From: Geopsychrobacteraceae bacterium
GTDB taxonomy: Bacteria; Desulfobacterota; Desulfuromonadia; Desulfuromonadales; Geopsychrobacteraceae
Assembly: GCA_963676795.2 (NCBI GenBank)
Contig: CAXXTB010000002.1
Span: 1,856,001 to 1,920,000 of the forward strand
Direction: 5' to 3'
Length of the DNA stretch: 64,000 bases
Translations under genes and position numbers: made by a program
The notes under the pieces: model-generated
Database searches by the model: none
Told to the model about the DNA's origin: nothing
Seen by the model: the letters and a program-made list of their open reading frames with translations, nothing else
Shown: positions 34,953 through 43,988 of the stretch, in pieces
Position numbering within the stretch: position 1 is the first letter of the stretch
How the letters are laid out: every line of letters begins with the position of its first letter

Positions 34953-37114
34953 GTCACGCCACGACAATCGCCCTGGCGGGCAACCCCAACTCAGGGAAAA
35001 CGACCCTCTTCAATTCTATTACCGGAGCCCGTCAGCACGTCGGCAACTATCCCGGGATTACCGTCGAAAGAAAGGAAGGCACACTGAACCATCAGGGTCA
35101 GCAGGTCAAACTGATCGATCTGCCCGGGGCCTATTCATTATCCGCCTATTCTCAGGAAGAGCTTGTCGCGCGCAATGTCCTGGTTGGTGAACGGCCCGAT
35201 ATCGTTGTCGACATCGTCGACGCAACGACCCTTGAGCGCCACCTCTACCTGGCGATCCAGTTCTTTGAGCTGGGTATCCCCTTAGTCCTGGCTCTGAACA
35301 TGATGGATGCTGTCCGCAAACAGGGGCTGAACATCGACAGGGAGAAACTTTCGGCGCTGCTGAACTGTCCGGTTGTAGAAACCATCGGCCGTACCGGTGC
35401 CGGAAAGGAAGAGCTGCTGACTGAAGCACTCAAACAGGCCAGGGCCAGAGACGGCCTGTGGCAGCCGCTGCAGATCTCCTACGGAGCGGACATCGACCAG
35501 GCCATCGACCTGATGACCTGCATCATCAACGATGGGCAGCATCTGACCGACACCTATCCGGCCCGCTGGGTCGCCCTGAAGTACCTTGAGAACGACGAGG
35601 AAATCATCCGTATCGGCCGCAGCAACAACGAGATCGCTGAACGGCTCGAGCGCCAGGCCCTCAAAACAAAAGAACACTGTCTGGCGACCCTGAACATGAC
35701 CCCAGAGGCGATCATTGCCGACTACCGCTATGGCATGATCAATTCGATCCTGCGCCAGGGGGTCCTGACTGAAACAAAGACTCAGGAGCAGCGGATCGAC
35801 ACCACGGCCGCCATCGATCGCATCCTGGTCAACCGGATGTTCGGTCCGGTGATCATGATCGCCATTCTCTACCTGATGTTTCAGGTCACCTTCACCCTCG
35901 GCGAGATCCCCATGGGTTGGCTGGAAAGCTTCTTCGGCTTTCTCTCGGAGACTGCGACCGCAGTGATCCCTGATGGCTTCGTTCAGTCGCTGGTCGTTTC
36001 TGGCATCATCGACGGTGTCGGCGGCGTCATGGGCTTCGTTCCCCTGATCTTCATCATGTTCCTGATGATCTCGTTTCTGGAAGACTCCGGCTATATGGCC
36101 CGGGTCGCTTACATGCTCGACCGGGTCCTGCGCATTTTCGGCCTGCACGGTTACTCGGCAATGCCCTTTATCATTTCCGGGGGTATCGCCGGAGGTTGCG
36201 CTGTTCCGGGCATCATGGCGACCAGAACCTTAAGAAGTCCGAAGGAAAAGCTGGCGACCCTGCTCACCGCCCCCTTCATGTCCTGCGGTGCCAAGCTGCC
36301 GGTCTTCCTGCTGCTGGTCGCGGCCTTTTTCCCGCACAGTCAAGCCCAGATGATGTTCATGATCACCCTGGTGGCCTGGCTGATGGCCCTGCTGGTCGCC
36401 AAATTTGTCCGCTCCACGGTCATCAAGGGGGAATCGACACCTTTCGTCATGGAGCTTCCGCCCTACCGCATGCCGACCCTGCGCGGGATCCTGATGCACA
36501 CCTGGGAACGAACCTGGCACTACATCCGTAAGGCAGGGACGGTCATCCTGGCCGTATCGATCCTGCTCTGGGCCGCGATGACCTTCCCCGGTCTGCCGGA
36601 GAGCCAGACCGCCCAATTTGCGGCTCAACGCAGCGCAGCTGAAACAGCGATAACTGACGCGACACTTCTGGAAGCAACCTTGAGTGATATCGATAATCGT
36701 GAAGGCCAGACCGCCCTGCGCCACTCGATTGCCGGTCGGGTCGGTTCCCTGCTCGAACCTGTCAGTCAGATGGCCGGTTTCGACTGGAGAACCAATATCG
36801 CCCTGGTCGGTGGTTTTGCCGCCAAGGAGGTTATCGTTTCGACCTTTGGCACAGCTTACTCGCTGGGTGATGTCGACCCTGAAGATGCAGAGACCCTGTC
36901 CGAACGACTGGCCAATTCTCCCGACTGGAACCGTTTTACCGCTCTGGCGATGATCATCTTTGTCATGCTCTATGCGCCATGCTTTGTCACGGTCGTTACC
37001 ATGGCGAAGGAATCGAGTTGGCGCTGGGCGCTTTTTGCGACAAGTTTCAATACTGTGCTTGGTTTTGTCCTGGCAACCCTGGTCTACCAGGTCGGAACCA
37101 GACTTTTTCTCTAA
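34949..37114 (+). CDS. feoB: Ferrous iron transport protein B
   Basis: GNPNSGKT, VGNYPGITVE, DLPG, NMMD G-domain; membrane Gate domains with PFMSCGAKLP. Confidence 0.95.
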   Translation: MSHATTIALAGNPNSGKTTLFNSITGARQHVGNYPGITVERKEGTLNHQGQQVKLIDLPGAYSLSAYSQEELVARNVLVGERPDIVVDIVDATTLERHLYLAIQFFELGIPLVLALNMMDAVRKQGLNIDREKLSALLNCPVVETIGRTGAGKEELLTEALKQARARDGLWQPLQISYGADIDQAIDLMTCIINDGQHLTDTYPARWVALKYLENDEEIIRIGRSNNEIAERLERQALKTKEHCLATLNMTPEAIIADYRYGMINSILRQGVLTETKTQEQRIDTTAAIDRILVNRMFGPVIMIAILYLMFQVTFTLGEIPMGWLESFFGFLSETATAVIPDGFVQSLVVSGIIDGVGGVMGFVPLIFIMFLMISFLEDSGYMARVAYMLDRVLRIFGLHGYSAMPFIISGGIAGGCAVPGIMATRTLRSPKEKLATLLTAPFMSCGAKLPVFLLLVAAFFPHSQAQMMFMITLVAWLMALLVAKFVRSTVIKGESTPFVMELPPYRMPTLRGILMHTWERTWHYIRKAGTVILAVSILLWAAMTFPGLPESQTAQFAAQRSAAETAITDATLLEATLSDIDNREGQTALRHSIAGRVGSLLEPVSQMAGFDWRTNIALVGGFAAKEVIVSTFGTAYSLGDVDPEDAETLSERLANSPDWNRFTALAMIIFVMLYAPCFVTVVTMAKESSWRWALFATSFNTVLGFVLATLVYQVGTRLFL

Positions 37115-37130
37115 CAGCTAGGAATTGATT

Positions 37131-37295
37131 ATGTATCAGGCTCTGGATCTGAGTATCGCTTTAACCATCGTGCTGATAACAGCTATCTACTCAGCCTACG
37201 GCATCTATCGCGTTTTCAAACACAGCAAAACGGGTTGTTCTTCAGGCGGCTGCGCCGGATGCCCCTGCTCAGGACAGAACTCGCTGCAGAAATAA
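37131..37295 (+). CDS. FeoB-associated Cys-rich membrane protein (54 aa)
   Basis: Hand translation MYQALDLSIALTIVLITAIYSAYGIYRVFKHSKTGCSSGGCAGCPCSGQNSLQK; one TM plus Cys/Gly tail; below ORF-track cutoff. Confidence 0.78.
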   Translation: MYQALDLSIALTIVLITAIYSAYGIYRVFKHSKTGCSSGGCAGCPCSGQNSLQK

Positions 37296-37374
37296 AAAAA
37301 TGCCCCGTTCCGGAGGAGGCCGGAACGGGGCGAAGTCCATGACTGGACTACAGAGAGAGTTTGCGTTGCAAACG
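37294..37374 (-). ncRNA. Candidate ~80-nt three-hairpin sRNA with anti-SD terminator loop
   Basis: Minus strand: GTTTGC-aac-GCAAAC, TCTCTCTGT, AGTCCA-gtca-TGGACT, GCCCCGTTCCGG-CCTCCT-CCGGAACGGGGC-ATTTTTTT. Confidence 0.5.
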
Positions 37375-37498
37375 AAATGCACTATGGCACTCCGTTATCA
37401 CAACGCTTGTGACTTTACAAGGCGCAGCAGGAGAAAACAAGTGTTAAGTTTAACCAAAATTGGCGACTTTTCGCCATCCCTCACTGAGGGTTCACACC

Positions 37499-38860
37499 TC
37501 AATCGAGGTTGTACTTTTCGAGCTTGTAACGCAGGGTGCCGCGTGGCAGATTGAGGAGCCTTGAGGTCCTGGCAATATTTCCACCGGTAATTTTGATCGC
37601 CTTGGCGATCAGTTCCTTTTCGACCTGAGCGACTATCTCGTCAAGAACAACCCCCTGCGGCGGAATCTCCAGGTTCAGACCGATCTCCGCCCTTGGCTCA
37701 CGCCCCCAGATTTCCTGCGGCAGGTGCCCCGGCTGAATTTCAGCGACGTCATACATGATACAGATCCGCTCGACGATATTGCGCAATTCCCTGACATTGC
37801 CCGGCCAGTGATAACGCGCCAGCAGATCGAGCGCATCCCTGCCGAAACACGCCATCTTCTTGTTGAATTCCTTACTGAAACGTTGCAGAAATGCATCGAG
37901 AAGGATGGGGATATCCTCCTGACGCTCACGCAATGGGGGGATCTGGATCGGGAAGACATTCAACCGGTAGTAGAGGTCCTCGCGAAACTCCTTATGATCG
38001 ATAGCCTGCTTCAGATCCGCATTGGTCGCAGCGATGATCCGGACATTGATATCAATATTCCGGTTCCCCCCAAGACGCCTGATTTTACGGTCTTCAAGAA
38101 CCCGTAACAGTTTGACCTGCAGGCTGAGATCCATTTCGCCGATCTCGTCGAGAAACACAGTCCCCCCGTTCGCTTCTTCAAAAAGACCGATCTTCCTCAG
38201 CTTGGCATCGGTGAAGGCCCCCCGCTCGTGACCGAACAGTTCGGTTTCAAGCAGATTGTAGGGCAGAGATCCGCAGTTGATCTCGACAAAAGGCCGACCT
38301 GCACGTGGCGACAGATTGTGAATCGCTCTGGCGACCAGCTCTTTGCCGGTACCGCTCTCTCCGGTAACCAGGACCGTTGCGGTCTCATGCTTGGCAACCT
38401 CCCTGATCTGATGAAAGATGCTGAGCAGGGCCGGGCTGTTACCGACCATATTGATGCCGGCCTCCTCTTTTGTCAGCTGCTTGACCTTGCGTCTTAGCGA
38501 TTGGGTTTCCAGCGCCAGCTTGACGATCAGATGAATAGCATCGGCCTTGAATGGCTTCTTGATATAATCATAGGCGCCTATTTTCAGGGCTTCGACGGCG
38601 CTCTCGACAGTACCGTAACCGGTAATAATGATGACCAGCAGTTCCGGATTGATCTCACGCATCGCCCGCAGCACATCAAGCCCGCTGCCTGCCCCGAGGT
38701 TGAGATCGAGCAGAACCAGACTGATCTCTTCTTCCGCAACCAGACGAATCGCATCCTCCGCGGTATCGGTTGAAATCGTTCCGTAACCGTCCTCGGCGAG
38801 AATGCGTTCCAGGTTTTCGCGGATGAATGCCTCGTCGTCGACAATCAGAATTTTATCCAT
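37499..38860 (-). CDS. Sigma54-dependent NtrC-family response regulator
   Basis: REC; GESGTGKE; ETELFGHERGAFTDA; FLDEIGE; WPGNVREL; Fis-type HTH. Confidence 0.93.
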   Translation of the reverse strand: MDKILIVDDEAFIRENLERILAEDGYGTISTDTAEDAIRLVAEEEISLVLLDLNLGAGSGLDVLRAMREINPELLVIIITGYGTVESAVEALKIGAYDYIKKPFKADAIHLIVKLALETQSLRRKVKQLTKEEAGINMVGNSPALLSIFHQIREVAKHETATVLVTGESGTGKELVARAIHNLSPRAGRPFVEINCGSLPYNLLETELFGHERGAFTDAKLRKIGLFEEANGGTVFLDEIGEMDLSLQVKLLRVLEDRKIRRLGGNRNIDINVRIIAATNADLKQAIDHKEFREDLYYRLNVFPIQIPPLRERQEDIPILLDAFLQRFSKEFNKKMACFGRDALDLLARYHWPGNVRELRNIVERICIMYDVAEIQPGHLPQEIWGREPRAEIGLNLEIPPQGVVLDEIVAQVEKELIAKAIKITGGNIARTSRLLNLPRGTLRYKLEKYNLD

Positions 38861-38926
38861 CAGTTTCTCCATCTGCAGGGACGGCTGCGCAAGGACACTC
38901 GGGCATACCAATAACGACTTTTCTGA

Positions 38927-41434
38927 TCATCCGACTGGCAAGCGCACGGTCACTCTGGTCCCGCGACCGGCAGCACTGTCAATGGCGATATCGCCGCCAT
39001 GATCCGAAATGATATTGTAACTGATTGCCAGCCCCAGCCCGGTCCCCTGCCCCTTGCTGGTGTAAAAAGGCTCAAAGACAAGCGGCAGGCTTGCTTCCCC
39101 GATCCCGGCCCCGTTATCTGCAATCTCCAGCTCCAGCCAGTCATCCTTACGGGCCAGGGCCACCCTCAGCCTGCCACCATGCGGCATCGCATCCAGCGCG
39201 TTATTGAACAGGTTCAGCAATACCTGCTTGAGCCGGTCGTTATCGATCCGGATATCCGGCAAATCGGCGGAAATCTCCTCGATCAACTCGATCTGCTGTT
39301 TCTGAAACTGCTTATGGAGCAGAAAGATTGAGTCACGCACAACCTCACCCAACTGGGCTTCTTGCAACTGCGGCTCAGGCAAGGTGGCAAAACGTAACAT
39401 CTCATTGACCAGACCATCCAGCCGCTCGATCTCTTCAAGAGCTTTGCGGATCAACAACTGATCGTCTTTACTGCCAAGCAAACGGTCATGCAGCTCATCG
39501 AGCAGCAGACTGACCCCGGTTAACGGATTCCTGATTTCATGGGCAATCCCCGCCGACATGCGCCCGAGCGACGCCAGGCGATCCATACGTGCCATCTGCT
39601 GGCGCATGTTGACACGCTCGGTCAGATCTTCAACCGTCAACAGCCAGCCGATCTGCGCCCTGAAACTGAGCGGAAACAGCGCCAGACGATAAGTCAGCTT
39701 GCGATTCTGTCGCACCAGGGGAACATAGACCCGGAATGACTCATGCGCGCCTGCGGGTGCCTGTGTGAACCAGAGACCAAGCACCTGTGAGATTTCAGGC
39801 CAGGACCTGAACACTTCATGCCAGGCGACAGGCCGGTCTGGCTCTGAGATATTCAGGATCTGACAGGCAGGGCCGTTAGTCCAGGTCAGGTTACAGGCTG
39901 AATCGAAGGTCAGAATACCACTTTCGATATTTTCAAAGACGGTATTTTTGAAATTCCGCTCACGCAACAGCTCGCGCCGGGATTTGCGCAGTTCCCGCAA
40001 AGTTTTCAGCAACCGCTCGCGCCGCCCGTTGAGCTCCCTGATCATCTGGTTGAACGAATCGGCCAGGACGGCAACCTCGTCATGCGTCTGCTCAGGCAAG
40101 CAGGCCAGCTCCGTATGTTGCCCGGCAATCATGCGCCTGGTCGTATTAGTCAGCGACCTGAGCGGCAGAACGATACTGTTGGCAAAGAGGTAGGCAACGA
40201 CCACAATGACGGCTACCGTCAGAGCGATAACCAGCCAGGACTCAACCAGATGCTTATCGATTTCATGGCGGATCAGTCCGGCCAGAGACTCTGCCGGCTG
40301 ATGAAAACCGGACAGTTCTGCACCGATGGTCACGGCGCCGAAATAACCGGTCTTCTGATAGACGCCATGGCTATAGCGGATGGGGGCAAAAGCCATGATC
40401 TTCGCCGAGCCACCGATATTGGTCGTATCAAGCACCCCCGCACGACCATCGAGAATCGCCCTGGCGACAAGCGGGTAATGCGGATGGATGAATTCAGCGC
40501 TGAGCAGATTAAAGGGGGTTCGTCCGGCCGAGAGATCCGCATCCGGCGTATCTGCCGTATAGGCCGGCACCAGTTTACCCTGCGGATCCAGACCGCGAAT
40601 ATCCCAGAGATTCGGATGGGTGATCGCCCAGCCTTCATCGTCAAAAATAAACGCATAATTTCCGCTTTCGTAGGAGGGGAAGACGACGTCTTCACTGCCA
40701 ACGGGGTTGATGTGCTGCGAAAATTCCATCAGGTGCCGATGGTCGAGAGACAGAACGACCATCCCGGAAAACTGCCCGTGGCTGTAGAGCGGGGTTGAAA
40801 AACGGATCACGCCTTCGTAACGGCGCCCCTCTACGGCGGCGAAGGAATTTTCTGCCCCACGCAGCTGCTCTGCTCGGCTGACATGCCAGCCGAGCAGATG
40901 GGTCACCCAGATATCGCCAGCGGCCAGCTCAAGCGTCCGGGCAAAGTAATCCTCTGTCCTGTAGGTCGTCTGGGCCGGGTCGGCAACCCGACGCAGCAAC
41001 GAGGAAGACACCCCATCGACTATGCGGATGCGCTCAAAACCTGCAGCATCGACATAGCTGATCTCACTGTAGAGCGGTACGCTCTCGCGTGTTTCACTGG
41101 TCTGAGTATTGGTACCGCTGCGCGACCAGACGAGGCGTTGATGGTTTCGGGAAAAACGTCGGTAGAGCTCTGCATCCGCGGGCAGCAGAGCAAGATCATG
41201 CAGATCCCCTTCAACCTGCGCAAGAAAATCAGCGATCTGGCGGGCGACCATTTCCGAACGCTTCTGCAAAGCCTGGCGCGCCTGATGATCCAGCGCCTGG
41301 GTTGTCTGACTGGTCAGAAGCTGTTCGACTTTCTGCAGGCTGTGTTCGGAATTGAAGAGCAGCAGCCCCAGCGGCAGCAGGGAAAGCAGCAGCATGGCCC
41401 CCAGGACTTTGGTGAGTAGACTGACACGCAACAT
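38927..41434 (-). CDS. Membrane sensor histidine kinase (Cache-like, HAMP, PAS, HisKA, HATPase)
   Basis: AHEIRNPL, NLFNNALDAM, DNGAG, GTGLGL; directly upstream of its response regulator. Confidence 0.9.
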   Translation of the reverse strand: MLRVSLLTKVLGAMLLLSLLPLGLLLFNSEHSLQKVEQLLTSQTTQALDHQARQALQKRSEMVARQIADFLAQVEGDLHDLALLPADAELYRRFSRNHQRLVWSRSGTNTQTSETRESVPLYSEISYVDAAGFERIRIVDGVSSSLLRRVADPAQTTYRTEDYFARTLELAAGDIWVTHLLGWHVSRAEQLRGAENSFAAVEGRRYEGVIRFSTPLYSHGQFSGMVVLSLDHRHLMEFSQHINPVGSEDVVFPSYESGNYAFIFDDEGWAITHPNLWDIRGLDPQGKLVPAYTADTPDADLSAGRTPFNLLSAEFIHPHYPLVARAILDGRAGVLDTTNIGGSAKIMAFAPIRYSHGVYQKTGYFGAVTIGAELSGFHQPAESLAGLIRHEIDKHLVESWLVIALTVAVIVVVAYLFANSIVLPLRSLTNTTRRMIAGQHTELACLPEQTHDEVAVLADSFNQMIRELNGRRERLLKTLRELRKSRRELLRERNFKNTVFENIESGILTFDSACNLTWTNGPACQILNISEPDRPVAWHEVFRSWPEISQVLGLWFTQAPAGAHESFRVYVPLVRQNRKLTYRLALFPLSFRAQIGWLLTVEDLTERVNMRQQMARMDRLASLGRMSAGIAHEIRNPLTGVSLLLDELHDRLLGSKDDQLLIRKALEEIERLDGLVNEMLRFATLPEPQLQEAQLGEVVRDSIFLLHKQFQKQQIELIEEISADLPDIRIDNDRLKQVLLNLFNNALDAMPHGGRLRVALARKDDWLELEIADNGAGIGEASLPLVFEPFYTSKGQGTGLGLAISYNIISDHGGDIAIDSAAGRGTRVTVRLPVG

Positions 41435-41534
41435 GTTGGCGATTATAGAAGAAAAACCCAAAGGGGTATATGAAAAGTCATATCAGCCCCCATGCGCCAC
41501 GAACGCGGGGGCCTGACAGATCGGCACCAGGAGG

Positions 41535-42503
41535 CTATTTGTTGCGCGAGACAACGTAGTCGGCCAGATCAAAAAGAGCCTGGCGCGCTGCACAGTCCGG
41601 AAAAATAGCGAGCAACTGCTTGGCCGTTGCGATACGTTCGGCAGCCTTGTTCCGGGTGTATTCGATTCCGCCCCGCTTGTCGATAAGCCGACAGATGTAG
41701 TCAAGATCTTGCGCTGACAGCTCTGTGTCAGAAACAATCCTGGCAATCTCACTGCGTTCATCGGCACTGGCCTGAGCGTAGGTATGGATAAGAGGCAGTG
41801 TCATCTTCCCCTCAAACAGATCATGGCCGCGCTCCTTGCCAAAGGCCTCTTCTTCTGCAACATAATCGAGAGCGTCATCCATCAGCTGAAAAGCGGTCCC
41901 GATCTCGATGCCGAACTCTTTGAGGGCAGCTTCCCGAGATTCATCAGCGGCCGAGATAAGAGCACCGATCTGACAGGATGCGGCAATCAGGATGGCGGTC
42001 TTGTCACGAACCACCTGCAGGTACTGCTCTTCACAGATCTCGATATCGCAGGTATTAATCAGCTGCTGGATTTCACCCTCGGTGATCTGCGTCGTCGTAT
42101 CGGCGAGGACCTTGAGAACCCTGAGGTCGCCGCAGTTGACCATCATCGAAAACGACTTGCTGAACAGAAAATCGCCGACCAGCACAGAGGTCTGATTCCC
42201 CCAGATTGAATTAGCCGAACGGTTGCCACGGCGCAGACTGGCGCTGTCCACGACATCGTCATGGAGCAGGGTCGCGGTATGAATAAACTCGACAACAGCA
42301 GCGAGCTCGATATGTTTATCGCCGGAATAGTTGCAGAGCTTCGCACTTAAGAGCAACAGCATGGGGCGAAAACGTTTGCCACCGCTGGACAGGACATAGT
42401 CTCCAACCTTGTTGATCAGATCGACGTCAGTGGCCAGATTCCTGCGGAACTGATCTTCGACATCCAGCATATCCTGTTTCAGCAATGCAACAACTGCTTC
42501 CAT
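41535..42503 (-). CDS. ispB: Long-chain polyprenyl diphosphate synthase
   Basis: GGKRFRP, LLHDDVVD, AFQLMDDALD, DLFEGKMTLP. Confidence 0.88.
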   Translation of the reverse strand: MEAVVALLKQDMLDVEDQFRRNLATDVDLINKVGDYVLSSGGKRFRPMLLLLSAKLCNYSGDKHIELAAVVEFIHTATLLHDDVVDSASLRRGNRSANSIWGNQTSVLVGDFLFSKSFSMMVNCGDLRVLKVLADTTTQITEGEIQQLINTCDIEICEEQYLQVVRDKTAILIAASCQIGALISAADESREAALKEFGIEIGTAFQLMDDALDYVAEEEAFGKERGHDLFEGKMTLPLIHTYAQASADERSEIARIVSDTELSAQDLDYICRLIDKRGGIEYTRNKAAERIATAKQLLAIFPDCAARQALFDLADYVVSRNK

Positions 42504-42568
42504 AAACTTTATATCCTTGAGAATCCTGATTTGGTCAGTATCCAGGTCAAAAACAATCGAACCGCGCC

Positions 42569-42597
42569 ATTCTAGGAACCGGCGTTAGACATGTCAA
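42569..42597 (-). promoter_or_regulatory. Putative sigma70 promoter of ispB
   Basis: TTGACA-17 nt-TAGAAT on minus strand. Confidence 0.6.
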
Positions 42598-42611
42598 AGG
42601 TTTTTCCCGAT

Positions 42612-43541
42612 TCAATGACTGTGCTTATTTTGTGAATCTACGGCGGACGCCGGACGGCCCGCCACGAACCGGTGCTCGGCAGGGCTCCAGTGATAGCCAC
42701 CCGCCTGCCAGAAAGCTTCGATACGCTCCCAGTCCAGATCAAGGCCGACAGCCTCCTCTGACAATACCGAGAGATCGAGAATCTCCATATCATCGATGAT
42801 CGAGTTGCCATCACCATCGATCCAGAGCAACGGCGCAAGGCTCATTGTACCAACCTGCTTGACGGCTTGGGAACGGTGGCGCTGATCAGAACTGAGGACG
42901 ACCGAACCGGTTATCGAGTCACTGACCGAGCCCATATCAGCGGGGAGCTGGACCAGGTAATAGACATGAAACTCATCAGCCGCGTTCCTGAAAATCCAGC
43001 GCGCAGTATTTGTATCGCTATCGATGGCCGACACTTTGGGCGAGGCATCGATCAGCTGCCAGCCATCGGGAAAGGACTCTTTGAGGATCAAGCCCTTGAT
43101 CTGCTCCTCAGCGACAAGATGAACCTGGATCAGAATGCGGGATTCAGGTGCCGCATAAGCGGGAAGAATACGCACGACTTCCATTTTTTTAGCGGGCAGC
43201 ACAACAAAAAACCAGACGAGAGCACAGATACAGGCCAAGAGGAGCACAGCGAGCGGGATAAACAGAAATCTGAAACGAACGGCCAACGGCTGAGTTTGCA
43301 GCGCTTCGCTTGCGACCTCATTTTTGAGGATCTGCTCGACTTCAACCTCGAGGGCCTCTGCCAACCGGACAGCATTGTCCCGGCGGATACTGGGATAACG
43401 ATTGTTTTCCCAACGGGATACGGTGTCAGTTGTCACGCCGACAACTTTTGCCACATAAAGTTGCGTCAGGCGCTTCTCTTCGCGGATCCGCCGGATGGCG
43501 TCACCATCTATTGAAACAACATTGTTTATCGATTCATCCAT
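42612..43541 (-). CDS. XRE-family HTH protein with one TM helix and extracytoplasmic domain
   Basis: IRRIREEKRLTQ..VAKVVGVT..TVSRWENN; hydrophobic segment at about aa 92-115; beta-rich domain; DGDGNSIIDDME loop. Confidence 0.8.
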   Translation of the reverse strand: MDESINNVVSIDGDAIRRIREEKRLTQLYVAKVVGVTTDTVSRWENNRYPSIRRDNAVRLAEALEVEVEQILKNEVASEALQTQPLAVRFRFLFIPLAVLLLACICALVWFFVVLPAKKMEVVRILPAYAAPESRILIQVHLVAEEQIKGLILKESFPDGWQLIDASPKVSAIDSDTNTARWIFRNAADEFHVYYLVQLPADMGSVSDSITGSVVLSSDQRHRSQAVKQVGTMSLAPLLWIDGDGNSIIDDMEILDLSVLSEEAVGLDLDWERIEAFWQAGGYHWSPAEHRFVAGRPASAVDSQNKHSH

Positions 43542-43820
43542 GTGATGGTCATTTCATGTTTCAGGTTTCGCCAAGTCTAACAGAGCCGCTCAGTCAGGTA
43601 AATATTGGAAACCACAGCCCCTCATGTCCGCCCCCTGGACACTTCAGTGACCGGGAGATGGAGTTGACAGTCTGCACATGCCGCCTCTCAACTGATTGAG
43701 AAACAACTTTCAATCAAAAAACTTAACTGGCTGTTTTTTCGTAAGTTTAATATTTACAACCATTTCTATCACTTTTCAGAAAAAATCCACAAAAAGTGAT
43801 TAATTTTCACCAATCATCGC

Positions 43821-43848
43821 TTGACATTAACCAAAGCTTATCTATAAT
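43821..43848 (+). promoter_or_regulatory. Consensus sigma70 promoter
   Basis: TTGACA-16 nt-TATAAT in an AT-rich intergenic region. Confidence 0.7.
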
Positions 43849-43854
43849 AGAAAT

Positions 43855-43918
43855 CAGAAATCAACCTCTCTAGAAAATTTAACCCCGTGTTCTCCCTCCT
43901 GACACGGGGTATTTTTTT
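43855..43918 (+). ncRNA. Candidate ~65-nt sRNA (or attenuator) with anti-SD terminator loop
   Basis: Right after the consensus promoter: AACCTCTCTAG...ACCCCGTGT-tctCCCTCCTg-ACACGGGGT-ATTTTTTT. Confidence 0.55.
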
Positions 43919-43988
43919 GCCCTCCCCTTGCCTCTCACTCGGCAACCGCTCGATAATGACATGAAACCTGACCGATGTGGAGTTGCCT

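Noticed and set aside
37385..37400. Sigma54 promoter (TGGCAC) near the NtrC gene
   Set aside because: No TTGC -12 element at the correct spacing on either strand
43693..43716. Fur box upstream of the sRNA candidate
   Set aside because: Half-site spacing is one base longer than the 17-bp Fur motif seen at feoA; kept only as an unknown operator
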